A DNA stretch of 63,046 nt, counting the filler, from Chiloscyllium plagiosum (taxonomy: Eukaryota): assembly GCF_004010195.1 (NCBI RefSeq). It is 4 parts of one record of this genome, joined end to end, with 100 filler letters (N's around TTAATTAATTAA, not from the genome) between each part and the next. Parts side by side here need not be neighbours in the genome. Positions count along the whole stretch, not along the records: positions 20,452 to 44,974 come from NC_057710.1; positions 45,075 to 56,443 come from NC_057710.1; 2 more parts are not named here. One strand, given 5' to 3'. Both the position numbers and the translations under genes were made by a program. Under the pieces are notes generated by a model that made no database searches, was not told the DNA's origin, and was given only the letters and a program-made list of their open reading frames with translations. Shown here piece after piece: positions 39,151 through 52,538 of the stretch (position 1 is the stretch's first letter; each line of letters begins with the position of its first letter).

Positions 39151-40399
39151 GGAGCAGAAAGTGGCATAAATTCAATTAATTTATGGTCCTCTTTTCCAAT
39201 CCATAACAGGTTGTTCTCTAATAAGTCAGGAAATATTTCTAGGGATAATTGCTCTACTCTATTGAGCTCCTTTTTGTGTAACATCACCAGTTTTACTGTT
39301 TATAAGTACATCCTACTTCTGCATATCATCTGGAAGTGGTCTACAGTTGCACTCTTTTGTCATAGCTGGACATGCTTCTGTCAAGGAAAAGAAATGGAAT
39401 AGTCAGCTCATTAAAAATGTGAAGAGTTAAATCAGGAGTGAAATTTCTTTGGAAATGAGTGTCTGTGTAGTTTTAGAAAACAGGTTGAAATTTTGTTTTG
39501 CTGTTTGTACTAAGATCTTTCTAATTGTATACATGTATACAAGCACATGGTTTGTATTGTAACATTGCATGTATCTATGATTGGGCAAGCATGTGTCCTT
39601 AACAGAGTTAAGTTGTGATATCAGTATGTCACAGTGATGCATGATATTTTTGTATAAAGATATCAGCTCCATCTTGAATAGCTATTGTTGAATAGCTACT
39701 TTGTAATCCATTCAGAAAATCAGTTTGTCAACCAGCCTTTTAAGTGATAGAACCCAGACTCTATAGATGGCTGTGATAGAGGTGGAATGTATTTTTTATT
39801 CTGTGAATAAATATTTTAATACTTGTTCCAGTAAGAGCTTCATCTCATTGTTCATAATCCCAGAGTTTACAAACTCAACCGGCACCATCTTACCAATGGC
39901 ACACCCTAACTCAATTGCAGTAGCAGTTCCCATTCAGAGCATAAATGGCAATGCCAGACATGTTTCTCAATGCTTTTTAAGGCTCTCCTCTGTTGAATCA
40001 TTACTTTTTCCACCATTTTGAGTTTCAGTAAATCATGCAAAATGCCAGGAAGATGTCTGAGGCTCCATTTTGTTGCTTATTTTAGACTTGTATGGTGACC
40101 ATCTTAAGTCCCATTGAAATCAACAGATTACAATCCACAGTCAACACCAACCTCTGGATTGCTATACTGTACCAAGTTGTAATTGTTTTTGTCCCAGAAC
40201 AATGAGAAAAAAAGAAACAATAGCCACATTCGTAAAGTAAATCAACATAGTTCATCTCAGCTAGTGTCAGTACAGCAATCAGTCTACAAAGATTTCTGTA
40301 AATATTGTAAAGATACAGAAAGCTATTAAGGAGAATAAACATTTCTATATGGAATGCCTCATTACTCAGCTTGCAGCAGAGTTCTAAATATTCAGACAA

Positions 40400-42515
40400 G
40401 TGTTGACCAAGAAACAGAAGTGTTCAAACCCTCCATTGATTTATGAAATGCAAGTTTAAGATGTGTTAATCCACCAATGACCAGCAAGACCTTTAGAAGA
40501 TTGTTAAACTCACAGATGAGCAACCTAAAATTATAATAAAATTCAGAACGCACAGAATCAAATTTATGTCCCAGAGGCAGAAACTGAGCAAAATAATTGA
40601 CCAGGTTAATAAAACTTGTTAGTACAAAGGCACTGAGTGCAAAATCAGTAAAGATGGAATGGTTGAAAGACTCATGGAATTTAGTATTAGCATTGACACT
40701 AATGCAATGAATCAAAAAAAAACAATGAGACTTTGTTGAAGGGCACACTATTGATGCACTATTGGATGATAGATGAAAGTTTGGAGCCTTTGTTGCAGGT
40801 TAGCAACTTCTCTAAGCACTTGATTCTGCAGCAACAATAACAATGGTAGATAAAATCAATAAACCATCCAAATCAAGAATAGGGTGCAATTTATTCCATT
40901 TGCCAAAGCATTGTCCAGCATTCCAGAATACATGCAAGCTGTGTGCCACAAAGAGATACTGGGCAATGCTGTGAAGAAAGTACAATCTTAAGGAAATGTC
41001 CAAGGTATAGATTAAATCTCAACAAAACATGAAAAGGATTCAGCCAAACTCCATCACAAAGGATGCTACTATGTTTATATACTTGAAGTGCAAACATACA
41101 CACTAGGTTCAGGTAGTAGCTGTTACAAAGCAGCTTCTAGATCCGAACTAAATCATCAAAGAGATGAAGTACTCACTATGATCTAAATTATGTGAACAAA
41201 AAAAAAATCAATGTGAGTTAGGAGCAAAGGATGACACAAGTGTGTGTGTGCTAATGTTCTCCTGCTATACATTCGAAGAGAGTTGTATGTGGGTAAATGG
41301 CAAAGCAGCTGCAACCCACATAAGGCAAGCTTACTGTGTATAATTGACTTGAGATTCCATATATTGGCACTGTTGGGTCACAAATGTCAAAAAGATAAAT
41401 CTGGACAGAAACCTAAAACTATTGTTGGTTTGCCCATGGGCATGGATCTTTGGAGCATAATGATCTATGAGGTAGGACAAATGTGTGCAGTGACACCAAG
41501 GTTCACAGATTAAAAAATAAACTGAATCCATCCATGATCTCTCAAGTCTGTACCCCAGCTAGATTGGCACTGTTTGACAATTTCCAGACAATGCAATCCA
41601 ACATTTTAAGGATGATGCACAGTGCAGTATCAACCCTCCTCACAAACGTGGAGTCCATGCACAGGTCAACTTCAAAATGGAACCAAATGGATCAATAGAA
41701 CACAACAATGAGACTCACAAGGTTGAGTGTGATATCATCTTCTGTGTGCAAAATTAAAATTGCTCCTTACCGCAGGCAGCAACAATGGCTTCAAATGTTC
41801 ATATATGATCCAATAGTGAATCAACTGCATGCCCTTTAGCAAAGTCTAATAGTGTTTTTTGGGATTTATTGGATTGGCATCAATGCTGGCAAGCCATTAC
41901 AGGATATGTGCGAGAAACAGGGAGTTCAGCATATCATCTCCTCTCTGCCTTGTCTGCAAGTCAGTTGGCAGAGCATAGTGTATGCACAATTGAAGCAAAA
42001 TCACAAAGTGTTAGGCAACTTATCAAGTCTTTCAGTTTGCCATATTGAACTTGCAACCTATCCCTTAAGGCAACGACTTCCTTTACCTCCAACTCTCATA
42101 TTTGGAAGGCAAGTCCATAATGAAATAACTCCACAGAGGCCAGTATCCTGTCACTGAATCACCTTTATCTACAAGTCACAAGTCCTTGACTCTGCCACAG
42201 TCTCATCTGAGTCAGCATCTAGTGTCAGAATCTCTGACACCCATCTTTTTATTTGTCAGTCAGGACTCTCTGATTGGACCAGATTGACAGCTCAATCAGG
42301 AAACTTATATTCTCTGAGGTCCAGCTGGCTGACATTCATACAATCACTACACATACTGTTCTTCTTTTTCAGATACTTCCTGGAAACAGGATGCACATGA
42401 CGCCTTGTTGGAATTGAGAGTGTGAATGGTGCAGGAACACAATTGAAAAGGATGTAAGTAATTACAGCTTCACCTAGGTCAAATGTAAGAGTATGAGACA
42501 ATAGTACCAACACAT
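40400..42515 (+). mobile_element. Decayed, internally deleted Gypsy LTR retrotransposon (gag, protease/RT start, integrase)
   Basis: gag FRTHRIKFMSQRQ; knuckle relic CPAFQNTCKLCATKRYW; IVGLP; YWIGIN; KPLQDMCEKQGVQHIISS; LIFGRQV. Confidence 0.8.
42121..42351. mobile_element. Solo LTR nested in the Gypsy integrase
   Basis: TG...CA termini; flanks cataa/catac (4 of 5 match as a TSD). Confidence 0.75.
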
Positions 42516-42519
42516 GGAT

Positions 42520-44135
42520 AAATGGGAGGTACTCAGAAAATATTTCAAATATGTTGAGGAGAATATGGAGATAAAGGCTACTAGACTAAATGGGATTGAG
42601 GTACATAAGGAGGAGGTGTTAGCAATTCTGGAAAGTGTAAAAATAGATAAGTCCCCTGGGCCAAAAGGAATTTATCCTAGGATTCTCTGGGAAGCTAGGG
42701 AGGAGATTGCAGAACCTTTGATCTTTATGTCATCACTCTCTACAGGAATAATGCCAGAAGACTGGAGGATAGCAAATGTTGTCCCTTGTTCAAGAAGGGG
42801 AGTAGAGACAATCTTGATAATTATAGGCCAGTGAGCCTTCCTTCGGTTGTGGGTAAAGTGTTGGAAAAGATTATAAGAAATAGGATTTATAATCATCTAA
42901 AAAGGAATAAGTTGATTAGGGATAGTCAACATGGTTTTGTGAAGGGTAGGTTGTGCCTCACAAACCTTATTGAGTTCTTTGAGAAGGTGACAAAACTCGT
43001 GGATGAGGGTAAAGTGGTTGATAATGTTCCCCAAAGTAGCTATTGCACAAAATATGGAGGCATGGGATTGAGGGTGATTTAGCGGTTTGGATCAGAACTT
43101 GGCTCGCTGAAAGAAGACAGAGGGTGGTGGTTGATGGGAAATAACATGCTGGAGTTCAATTACTATTGGTGTACTGCAAGGACCTGTTCTGGGGCCACTG
43201 CTGTTTTTCATTTTTATAAAAGACCTGGATGAGGGCGTAGAAGGATTGGTTAGTAAATTTGCGGATGACATTAAAGTCAGTGGATTTGTGGACAATGCCA
43301 AAGGATGTTGCTGGTTACAGAGGGTCATGGATAAACTGCAGAGCTGGGCTGAGAGGTGGTAAATGGAGTTTAATGTGGAAAAGTGTGAGGTGATTCATTC
43401 TGGAAGGAGTAACAGGAATACAGAATACTGGGCTAATGGTAAGATTCTTGGTAGTATGGATGAGCTGAGAGATCTTGGTGTCCTTATACATGTATCCCTG
43501 AAAGTTACCATCCAGGTTGAAAGGGTTGTTAAGAAGGCCTACAGTGTGTTAGCTTTTATTGATAGAAAGATTGAGTTTTGGAGCCATAAGGTCATGCTGC
43601 AGCTGTACAAAACTCTGTTGCGGCCACACTTGGAGTATTGTGTACAGTTCAGGTCACCGCATTATAGGAAAGATGTAGAAGCATTGGAAAGGGTGCAGAG
43701 GAGATTTTCCAGGATGTTGCTTGGTATGGAGGGAAGGTCTTATGAGGAAAGGCTGAGGGACTTGAGGCTGTTTTTGTTAGAGAGAAGAAGGTTGAGAGGT
43801 GACTTAATAGAGACATACAAGATGATCAGAAGGTTAGATAGGGTGGACAGTGAGAGCCGTTTTCCTCTGATGGTGATGGCTAGCATGAGGGAACATAGCT
43901 TTAAATTGAGGGGATTGATATAGGACAGATGTCAGAGATAAGTTCTTTACTCAGAGAGTGTTAAGGGTGTGAATCGCCCTGCCTGGAATAGTAGTAAACT
44001 CACCAACTTGAAGGGCATTTGGATGATAATGGAATAGTGTAGAATAGATGGGCTTTAGATGGGTTTCATAGGTCAGCACAACATCGAGGGCTGAAGGGCC
44101 TGAACTGTGTTGTAATGTTCTATGTTATATGTTCT
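42520..44135 (+). mobile_element. 5'-truncated CR1 LINE (RT and 3' tail)
   Basis: DKSPGP, NYRPVSL, QHGFVKGR, FADD, PHLEYCVQF; ttctatg tail. Confidence 0.95.
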
Positions 44136-44459
44136 AGTTAATATGAGTTGTTTTGAGCAACTGTCATGTTGTAATATGGAACATAAGCCTCATTTACATT
44201 GCATATTCATGGGTAAACCTTTCTGATGCATCACACACTGAAACTATAGTGTTAACACCAGATTACAACATGCCCACAGTGAACAATCAACACCTATGTA
44301 CTGTAGGAGACAACCATATCCTGAGAACTGTACAAGAACTTGATCCAGTCTCATTGAATGACCACCAAAACTTCAGCTCAATGTAAAGCTAACATGTGTA
44401 CTTGCATCTGTTGTTTTGATCTGCATCACTTTACACATTTCCCATGGGAGAACTGCTAT

Positions 44460-44974
44460 TAGACAATAGACAATAGGTGCGGGAGTAGGCCATTCAGCCC
44501 TTCGAGCCTGCACCGCCATTCAATATAATCATGGCTGATCATTCCTAATCAGTATCCTGTTCCTGCCTTATCTCCATAACCCTTGATTCCACTATCTTTG
44601 AGAGCTCTATCCAACTCTTTCTTAAATGAATCCAGAGAGCGGGCCTCCACTGCCCTCTGGGGCAGAGCATTCCACACAGCCACCACTCTCTGGGTGAAGA
44701 AGTTTCTCCTGAGCTCTGTCCTAAATGGTCTACCCCGTATTTTTAAGCTGTGTCCTCTGGTTCGGCACTCACACATCAGTGAAATATGTTTCCTACTGCC
44801 AGAGTGCCAATCCTTTCATAATCTTATACATCTCAATCAGATCCCCTCTCAATCTTCGAAACTCAAGGGTATAAAAGCCCAGTCGCTTCAGTCTTTCAGT
44901 ATAAGGTAATCCTGCCATTCCAGGAATTGACCTCGTGAACCTACGCTGCACCCCCTCAATAGCCAGAATGTCTT
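44460..44974 (-). mobile_element. Young CR1 3' end truncated by the gap
   Basis: RTRGHSLKIRGRPFRTELRRNFFTQRVV; (tagacaa)n tail. Confidence 0.92.
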
Positions 44975-45074
44975 NNNNNNNNNNNNNNNNNNNNNNNNNN
45001 NNNNNNNNNNNNNNNNNNTTAATTAATTAANNNNNNNNNNNNNNNNNNNNNNNNNNNNNNNNNNNNNNNNNNNN
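44975..45074. other. Artificial contig linker
   Basis: N44-TTAATTAATTAA-N44. Confidence 0.98.
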
Positions 45075-45445
45075 CTTTCCATCATCACAATCCTCATATT
45101 CCACACACTCATTCCATTCTCACTCCTCCACCCCCACATTCACTTCATCCTCACACACCGCTCAGTCACACTCATTCCATCCTTGCATGCCTTCTCCCCT
45201 CTTCCACCCTCAGTCCATCTTTATATACTTCTCAGTCACATTCAATCCATTCTCACTCTTCCCTCCTCCACACACTCTCCACCCTCACACTTCTCCTCCA
45301 CGTCTTCCATACTTACTCCATCCACACTCCTCCTCACTCACTCTCACTCCATCTTCACGGTCTACCTCCTCCTGCACAATGACTCCATTCTTGCAATCCT
45401 CCTTCTTGCCTGCACTCCATCCTTACAATCTTACTCCTCTGTCAT
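45075..45445. repeat. C/T/A-rich low-complexity repeat
   Basis: ctcac/ctcc/attc-rich and nearly G-free. Confidence 0.85.
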
Positions 45446-45464
45446 ACTCCACAAGCCACAAGCT

Positions 45465-46825
45465 GTAGGAGGAAAAAAATAGGCCATTCAGCCCAAGTCT
45501 TCTCCATAATGGCTGATATGTTTCTCAACCCCATCCCCCTGTCTTCTCCCCATAACCCTCAATCCCCTTACCAATCAAGAACATCCTAACGAGAACTCCA
45601 TCAATAAACACATCAATTTTGATCCTATCTATCTTCCCTTAAAAAAATGAACTGGAAATGACATCACCCACCTTAAGAAAACAAGACCTATAAATAGTGA
45701 GGCAGGACACACCACCAGCACTTCACCGGAGAGTCTCCCTGATGATCTTATTGAGTGTGGTGATGAAACATCTGAAAACAAATCTTCCAGCTCAGCGAGC
45801 TAGCTTACATACTTAATGTATTGATCTCTGTCTTAAATAAATGCAATGATTTGGCCTCCAGAACCCTCTGCAACAGTGGGTTCAACAGATTAACCACCCT
45901 CCGGCTGAAGAAAGTCCTCCTTATCTCTGTTCTAAAGGGTTGTCCCTTCACTGTGAGGCTGTGTCTTCAGTTGTATTCTCTCCTACTAGCGGAAACATTT
46001 TCTCCATGTCTACTGTATCTAGGCCCCATCGGTATTCTGTAAGTTTCAGTGAGAACCCCCCACCTCACCCTTCTAGACTCCTACAGATCCAAAGTCCTGA
46101 AGCATTCCTCATACGATGAGCCTTTTATCCCCAGGACCAGGTAGTAAATCTCCTCTGAATCTCTTCTGAGGCCAGCACATCTATTCTTAGGTATGGTGCC
46201 CAAAGTTATTCCAAATGTGGTATGACCAGAGCCTTATACAGCCCCAGCAGTACATCTCAGTTCTTGTATTCTAACCCTCTTTAAATGAATGCTAACAATC
46301 CATTTGCCTTTCGAACTGCTAGTTTAACCTTAAGGGTTAACCTTCAGAAAATCCTGAATTCGGACTTCCAAGTTCCTTTGTGCTTCATCTTTTTGAAGCC
46401 TTTTCCCATTTGGAAAAATCTCTACGCCTCTATTTTTCCTGCCAAAGTGCATAACCTCATACATTCCCCCACATTGCATTCCATCTTTACCCACCCTCAC
46501 CTGTCCAAGTCCTGCTGCCTCCCTACTTCCTCAGCACTATCTGTCCTTCCATCTATCTTTTTGTCATCTTCAAACTTGGCAACAATGCCCTTATTTCCTT
46601 CATCCGGACCATTAATGTATAACATGAATAGTTGTGATCCCAACATGGACTCCTGCAGAACTCCACAAGTTCCTGGCTGCCATCCTGAAAAATAACCCTT
46701 TATCCTGAATTTCCAGTCAGAAAATCCTCTATCCATGACAATACCTTGCCCCGAATACCATGGACTTTTACTTTGTTTAGTAACCTCCTGTACGACACCT
46801 TGTCAAAGGCGTGGAAATCCGAATA
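45465..46825 (-). mobile_element. CR1 RT fragment with a nested Penelope 3' end (~45585-45815, +)
   Basis: GVLQESMLGSQLFMLYIN..AKFEDDKK; nested NENSINKHI motif and degenerate CTGATGA..GAAAC at 45739-45769. Confidence 0.85.
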
Positions 46826-47339
46826 GAACTGCATGAACAAAGGCAAAAGGGTGATGATGAGCATTCATGGTAGGATGGGATGTGAGGAGTTGCCTTTAGA
46901 GAGAGGAATGAGTTATTCTGAGGGTTACTGTGCAGTTAAAAATTTGGAAAAGTCAAAGTGTGGGGCTTGGCATACTACAATGTTCTGCCAATCACCTTTT
47001 CCGTTATCACAAAGCAGGATAGGAGGATCACACTTCAGTGTCTCATTGATCTATCAAGGATCAAAGATGTTATCATTTTCGTTTTCATCACCCTACTGCA
47101 GTCTCAGAACCCATTACAGAACCTCCAGCTCAGACTGGAAGATCTGGTGAGTTGTCCATCCAGATCTTCTCTGTATTCCTGTGATCAGTTAAAACCAGAA
47201 GATCGTAAGACACAGGAGCATAAGTAGGCCATTCAGCCCATCGAGCCTGCTCCACCATTCAATGAGATCATGGCTGATCTGATCATTCTCAGCTCCAAAA
47301 TTGTTCACAGTATTCTAGCTATGATCTGATGAGTTTCTT

Positions 47340-48200
47340 CTAGGAGAAAGTGAGGACTGCAGATGCTGGAGATCAGAGCTGAAAATGTGTACAGGACCGT
47401 GTCGAGGTATGCAGAGATGAGTTCGGTGGGGCAGGAGCAGGCTGAGACAATGGGTCGGCCGGGGCAGTCGGTTTGTGGATTTTGGGCAGGAGGTAGAAAC
47501 GGGTGGTGAGGGATTGTGGGACTATGAGGCGGTGGATGGGAGATCCCCTGAGGTGATGAGGTTATGAATGGTCTGGGAGATGATGGTTTGGTGGTGTGAG
47601 GTGGGGTCATGGTCAAGGGGGCAGTAGGAGGAGGTGTCTGCGAGCTGGCGTTTAGCCTCAGTGGTGTAAAGGTCGGTGCGCCAAACTACTACCGCGCTTC
47701 CCTTGTTTGATAGTGTAGTTGGGGTTGGAACGGAGGGAGTGGAGGGCTGCATGTTCCGAGGGTGAGAGGTTGGAGTGGGTGAGAGGGGTGGACAGGTTGA
47801 GGTGGTTAATGTCGCGGCGGCAGTTGGCTATGAAGAGATCGAGGGCAGGTAAGAGGCCAGCCCGGGGTGTCCAGGTGGATGGGGTATGTTGGAGGCAGGA
47901 GAAGGGGTCGTCAGAGGGTGGGCGAGAATCCTGGTTGAAGAAGTAGGCGCAGAGGCGGCGGAAGAATTGTTCGACGTACAGAACTGTGTCGAGGTATGCA
48001 GAGATGAGTTTGGTGGGGCAGGAGCAGGCTGAGACAATGGGTCGGCCGGGACAGTATATGAATAGGAAGGGTTTGGAGGGATATTGGCCGGGTGATGGCA
48101 GGTGGCATTCCTGAAGAAGGGCTCATGCCCGAAACGTCAATTCTCCTGCTCCTTGGATGCTGCCTGACCTGCTGCGCTTTTCCAGCAACACATTTTCAGC
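47340..48200 (-). mobile_element. Rearranged Penelope insertion with inverted pseudo-LTR ends
   Basis: KGSAVVVWRTDLY, CPGRPIVSACSCPTELISAYLD; TSD tctgaYgagtttctt at 47325-47339 and 48201-48215. Confidence 0.9.
48107..48142 (+). ncRNA. Minimal type I hammerhead motif
   Basis: attc-CTGAAGA-a-gggc-tcat-gccc-GAAA-cg-TC-aatt; stem I is weakened. Confidence 0.7.
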
Positions 48201-49529
48201 TCTGACGAGTTTCTTGTATAGTTGTAGCAAGGCTTCTCTATTTCTATATTCCATTCCTTTTGAAATAAAGGCCAACATTACATTTTGTCTTCCCTATTGT
48301 CCTAATGAACTTGGATGCTATGTTTTTTTTTAATTTATGCATGAGGACTGCCGAATCCTGTGTTCTATAACTTTCTGTAACCTTTCTCCATTTAAATGAT
48401 ACTCTGCTTCTGCATTCTTCCTACCAAAGTATACGACATCGCATTTTTCCACATTATATTCCATTCCAGCTGCCAAGTTTTTTGCCTTCTCATTTTTAAA
48501 CTGCCTTGATCCCTCTGCAGACTGTGACATCATTACCACTTGCCTTTCCACCTGCCTTTGTGCCTATTTTGCAACAGTACACTCATTTTCCTCATCTGAG
48601 TCATTAATATAGATCTTATAAATAATTGTGGCCCCAGCACTGATCCTTGTGGCACTTCATTCATTATAAGTTACCATCCTGAAAATGACCCCTGATAGTT
48701 AGCCAATCCTCTACCCGTTTCAATCTACTAAAATATCTATGATTTTTTATTTTGTTAAGTAGCCTAATATGTAGTACCTTATCAGACACCTGAAAATCCA
48801 AACATATTACATCCACTGCTTCCCCTTTATTTATCTTGCTTTTTAATTCCTCAAAGAATTTCAGTAAATTTGCTAGACATGATTTACCTTAATCTGTTTC
48901 TAAATGCTGTGCTATTGCATCCTTTAGAATAGACTGTAGAATTTTCTGAATAACAGGTGTTAGTCTAGTTGGCATATATGTACCTGTTGTTTGTTGTCTA
49001 CTCTTTTTGAATAACGGCATTACATTGGCAGTTTTTCAATCCTCTGCAACTTTTCTAAAAGCTCTTGGAAGATTGCTACCCATACATTCATTATGTCTGT
49101 AGTTCCTTCCTTTAATCTTCTAGACTGTACGCCATCACATCCTTAGGCTCTTAGTGGTCTTTAGCCTGATCAGTTTCCATAGTGATAGCTATTATACTTA
49201 TTTCCTCATTTCCTTTTGTCCCTTGATTATTTAGTAATTTTGGAATGCTATTAGTATCTTTTATTTTATTCAACCCTGCCATTTCCCAGCCTCATTCTCT
49301 AAGGGGTCTACATTCACTTTGACTTCTCTCTTCGCTTTTATATAAAGAAGCTCTTGCTATCTGACTTGATATTACTTACAAGTTTACCCTCAATGTTTAT
49401 CTTCTGCCTCTTTATTTTTTAATCATCTTTTGTTGTTGTTTTAAACTTGCCCAATTCTTTGGTTTAGTAATAATCATTGCCACATTTTTTTTTCCTTTCA
49501 GTGTGATGCTATGCAACAAAGTATTGCAT

Positions 49530-50445
49530 TAAATGGATCATTTTCAGAGTAACGGAAGTGATTGTTGAGGGATGTGGGGATCAGTGCTTAGACCCCAGCT
49601 ATTTGCAATATATCTTAAAAAATATAGAAGAGAGAACTAAGTGTAATATCTCTACATTTACAGAGGACATAAAGCTGGACTGGAGGATGAGCTATGATGA
49701 GGATGCAGAAATACTTCAGTGTGATTTCTAACAAGTTGAGTGAATGGCGAATGCATGGTAGCTCAAGTATAATACGGTTAACTGTGAGGTTATTCATTTT
49801 GGTAACATTGGGAAAGGAAGAGGTACAATAAGAAGCGGTGTTAACCAGTCATTAAAAATAAGCATGTAAATGATGAAGAAGGCAAATGGTTAGCTTTCAC
49901 CATGAGAGGATTTGAATACATGAGCAGGAATGTCTTGGTGCAGTTGAACAGAGCCTTGGTGAGATTATACCTGCAATGTTGTGTATAGTTTTGGTCTCTT
50001 TATCTGAAGAAGAATATTCTGGCTATGGAGAGAATGCAACAAAGGTTGACCAACTGATTCCTAATATGGCAGAACTGACATATGAAAGGGGTCTGAATGG
50101 TTTAGGACTATATTCACCAGAGCTTAGAAGAAACCTGGAAAATTCTAGATATGGTAAATACAGGAAGGAACTTCCCTATGACCAGGCAATCTAGTACCAT
50201 GAATTGTCCTCCGAAGATGTAAATACGCCATTTATGTCTGAGATGAGGATAAATTTCTTCACCGAGAGAGCGGTGAGATTTCCCTGTCTTTGAAGCCAAA
50301 ACATTGAATGTTTTTAAGGAGTGAGATACAAACCTTAGGGCTAAAGGAATGAAAGGGTAGAGAGAGAAAACAGATCAGAGTACTGAGTTACTTGATTTGC
50401 TGGAAGAGCTGAATGGTCTACTCCTCCTATTTTCTATGTTTCTAT
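49530..50445 (+). mobile_element. Old CR1 3' fragment
   Basis: Degenerate RT and a ttctatgtttcta tail. Confidence 0.8.
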
Positions 50446-51049
50446 CCCTAACTTCTCTAGTTAATAGTGGTGAGCTTATCCCCTTTCTATAATCTTTTTT
50501 CCTTACTGTGACATATCTTAGCTGTGAACTGACCCATCGTCACCTGTACTGTGGTCCCTATAATTGGAAATTCTTCCTCTGACAGATATCATATCATAAC
50601 CACCCACCCTCCTTAATTGATCTGGGAACCTGCAGACATCATGCTAATTCCGTGATTTAGTTAAAGAGTCATGGTAAAGTCCGCTGAATCTGTTAGTGGA
50701 TTTCGGATGCACAATGGTGCTGCCAATTCAAAATCCTCCACACAGTATCTCTGGTATCTTAATAACTGATAGGACTCACAGTATATCTACATAAACAATA
50801 AGATATAAGAATTGAAAAATGAGCAGGCAAGCAATGAAGAAGATTCAGACAAAATGCGAATCAATCAGTTAAGTAAAGAATAAAGAAAGTGAAATAAAGT
50901 TTGGATTAAGAGAAACAGACAAAAAATCTTTAAAAGGTTAAAAAGGCATACTTGTAAAATCAAGAATGACAATTTAGTGCTGTGAAAAATTTATAATTCT
51001 CTAACTTTCAGTTTCAGGAATATAATGCTTAACTTGAAGATTGACATTT

Positions 51050-51395
51050 GTAATTTTGTTTTACTCATTGGATGTGGGCATTGCTGATTATGCAAGCATT
51101 TATTGATAATGCCTAATTGCCTCAGAGGCAATTAAGAGTCAACCACATTGCAATGGATCTGTAGTCACATGCAGGCCAGACCAGGTAAAGTTGGCAGATT
51201 TACTTTCCTAAAGGACATTAGTGAACCAGATTTATTTTTACAACTATGGATAAAGGTAATATGGTCACCATTAGGCTGACCTTTTATTCCTGATTTTTAT
51301 TCAATTCATATTTCATTATTGATGCTGATATTAACCCATGTCCTCAGAACAAGAGCCTGAGATTCTGTAATGCCTGTCCAGTAACATTACTACTA
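51050..51395 (-). mobile_element. Old shark SINE (second family)
   Basis: ggccagaccaggtaaag..cctaaaggacattagtgaaccagat core. Confidence 0.75.
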
Positions 51396-51524
51396 ACTCA
51401 CACAAATATATAAGAATGCTTGGTTTGAGACACTGATAATTAGATCCAGTCCCAGGTGAGGATCCCATGCTCAGAGTTGGGAATCATGGCCAATGGTTGA
51501 GGCTGTAAATTTTCAGTGGCAATA

Positions 51525-52538
51525 GAGCAAGAACATAGAGATGTACAGCATGGAAACAGACCCTTCAATCCAACCCATCCATGCCGACCAGGTATCCCAA
51601 CCTAATCTAGTCCCACCTGCCATCACCCAGCCAATATCCCTCCAAACCCTTCCTATTCATATACCCATCCAGATGCCATTTAAATGTTGCAATTGTACTA
51701 GCCTCCACCACTTCCTCTGGCAGCTCATTCTATACACGTACCACCCTCTGCATGAAAAAGTTGCCCCTTAGGTCTCTTTTATGTCTTTCCCCTCTCACCC
51801 TAAACCTATGCCCTCTAGTTCTGGACTCCCCCACTCCAGGGAAAAAAACTTTGTATATTTATCCTATCCATGCTCCTCATGATTTTATAAACTTCTATAA
51901 GGTCACCCCTCAGCCTCCGACGCTCTAGGGAAAACAGCCCCAGCCTATTCAACCTCTCCCTATAGCTCAAAGCCTCCAACCCTGGTAACATCCTCATAAA
52001 TCTTTTCTGAACCCTTTCAAGTTTCACAACATCTTTCCGATAGGATGGAGACCAGAATTGCGTGCAATATTCCAAAAATGACCTAACCAATGTTGTCCTG
52101 TAGAGCTGTAACATGACCTCCCAACTCTTGTATTCAATACTCTGACAATTAAAGGAAAGCATCTACCTACGACTCTATCTACCTACGACTCTACTTTCAA
52201 GCAGCTATGAACCTGCACTCAACAACACTCCCTAAGACCTTACCATTAAGTGTATAAGTCCTGCTAAGATTTGCTTTCCCAAAATTCAGCACCTCGCATT
52301 TATCTGAATTAAACTCCATCTTCCACTCCTCAGCCCATTGGCCTAACTGATCAACATCCCATTGTAATCTGAGGTAACCTTCTTCTCTGTCCAATACACC
52401 TCCAATTTTGTTGTCATCTGCAAACTTACTAACTATACCTCTTATGCTCACATCCAAATCATTTATATAAATGACGAAAAGTAGTGGACCCAGTGCTGGT
52501 CCTTGTGGGACTCCACTGGCCGCAGGCCTCCAGTCTGA
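51525..52538 (-). mobile_element. CR1 3' fragment
   Basis: SGVPQGPALGPLLFVIYINDLD..SKFADD; RRRLRGDLIEVYKIM. Confidence 0.93.

Larger units (their letters stand above)
47200..49490 (-). mobile_element. Old CR1 fragments interrupted by a Penelope insertion
   Basis: CR1 tail at ~47200-47295; GMEYNVEKCDVVYFGRKN and the antisense of VPQGSVLGP. Confidence 0.8.
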
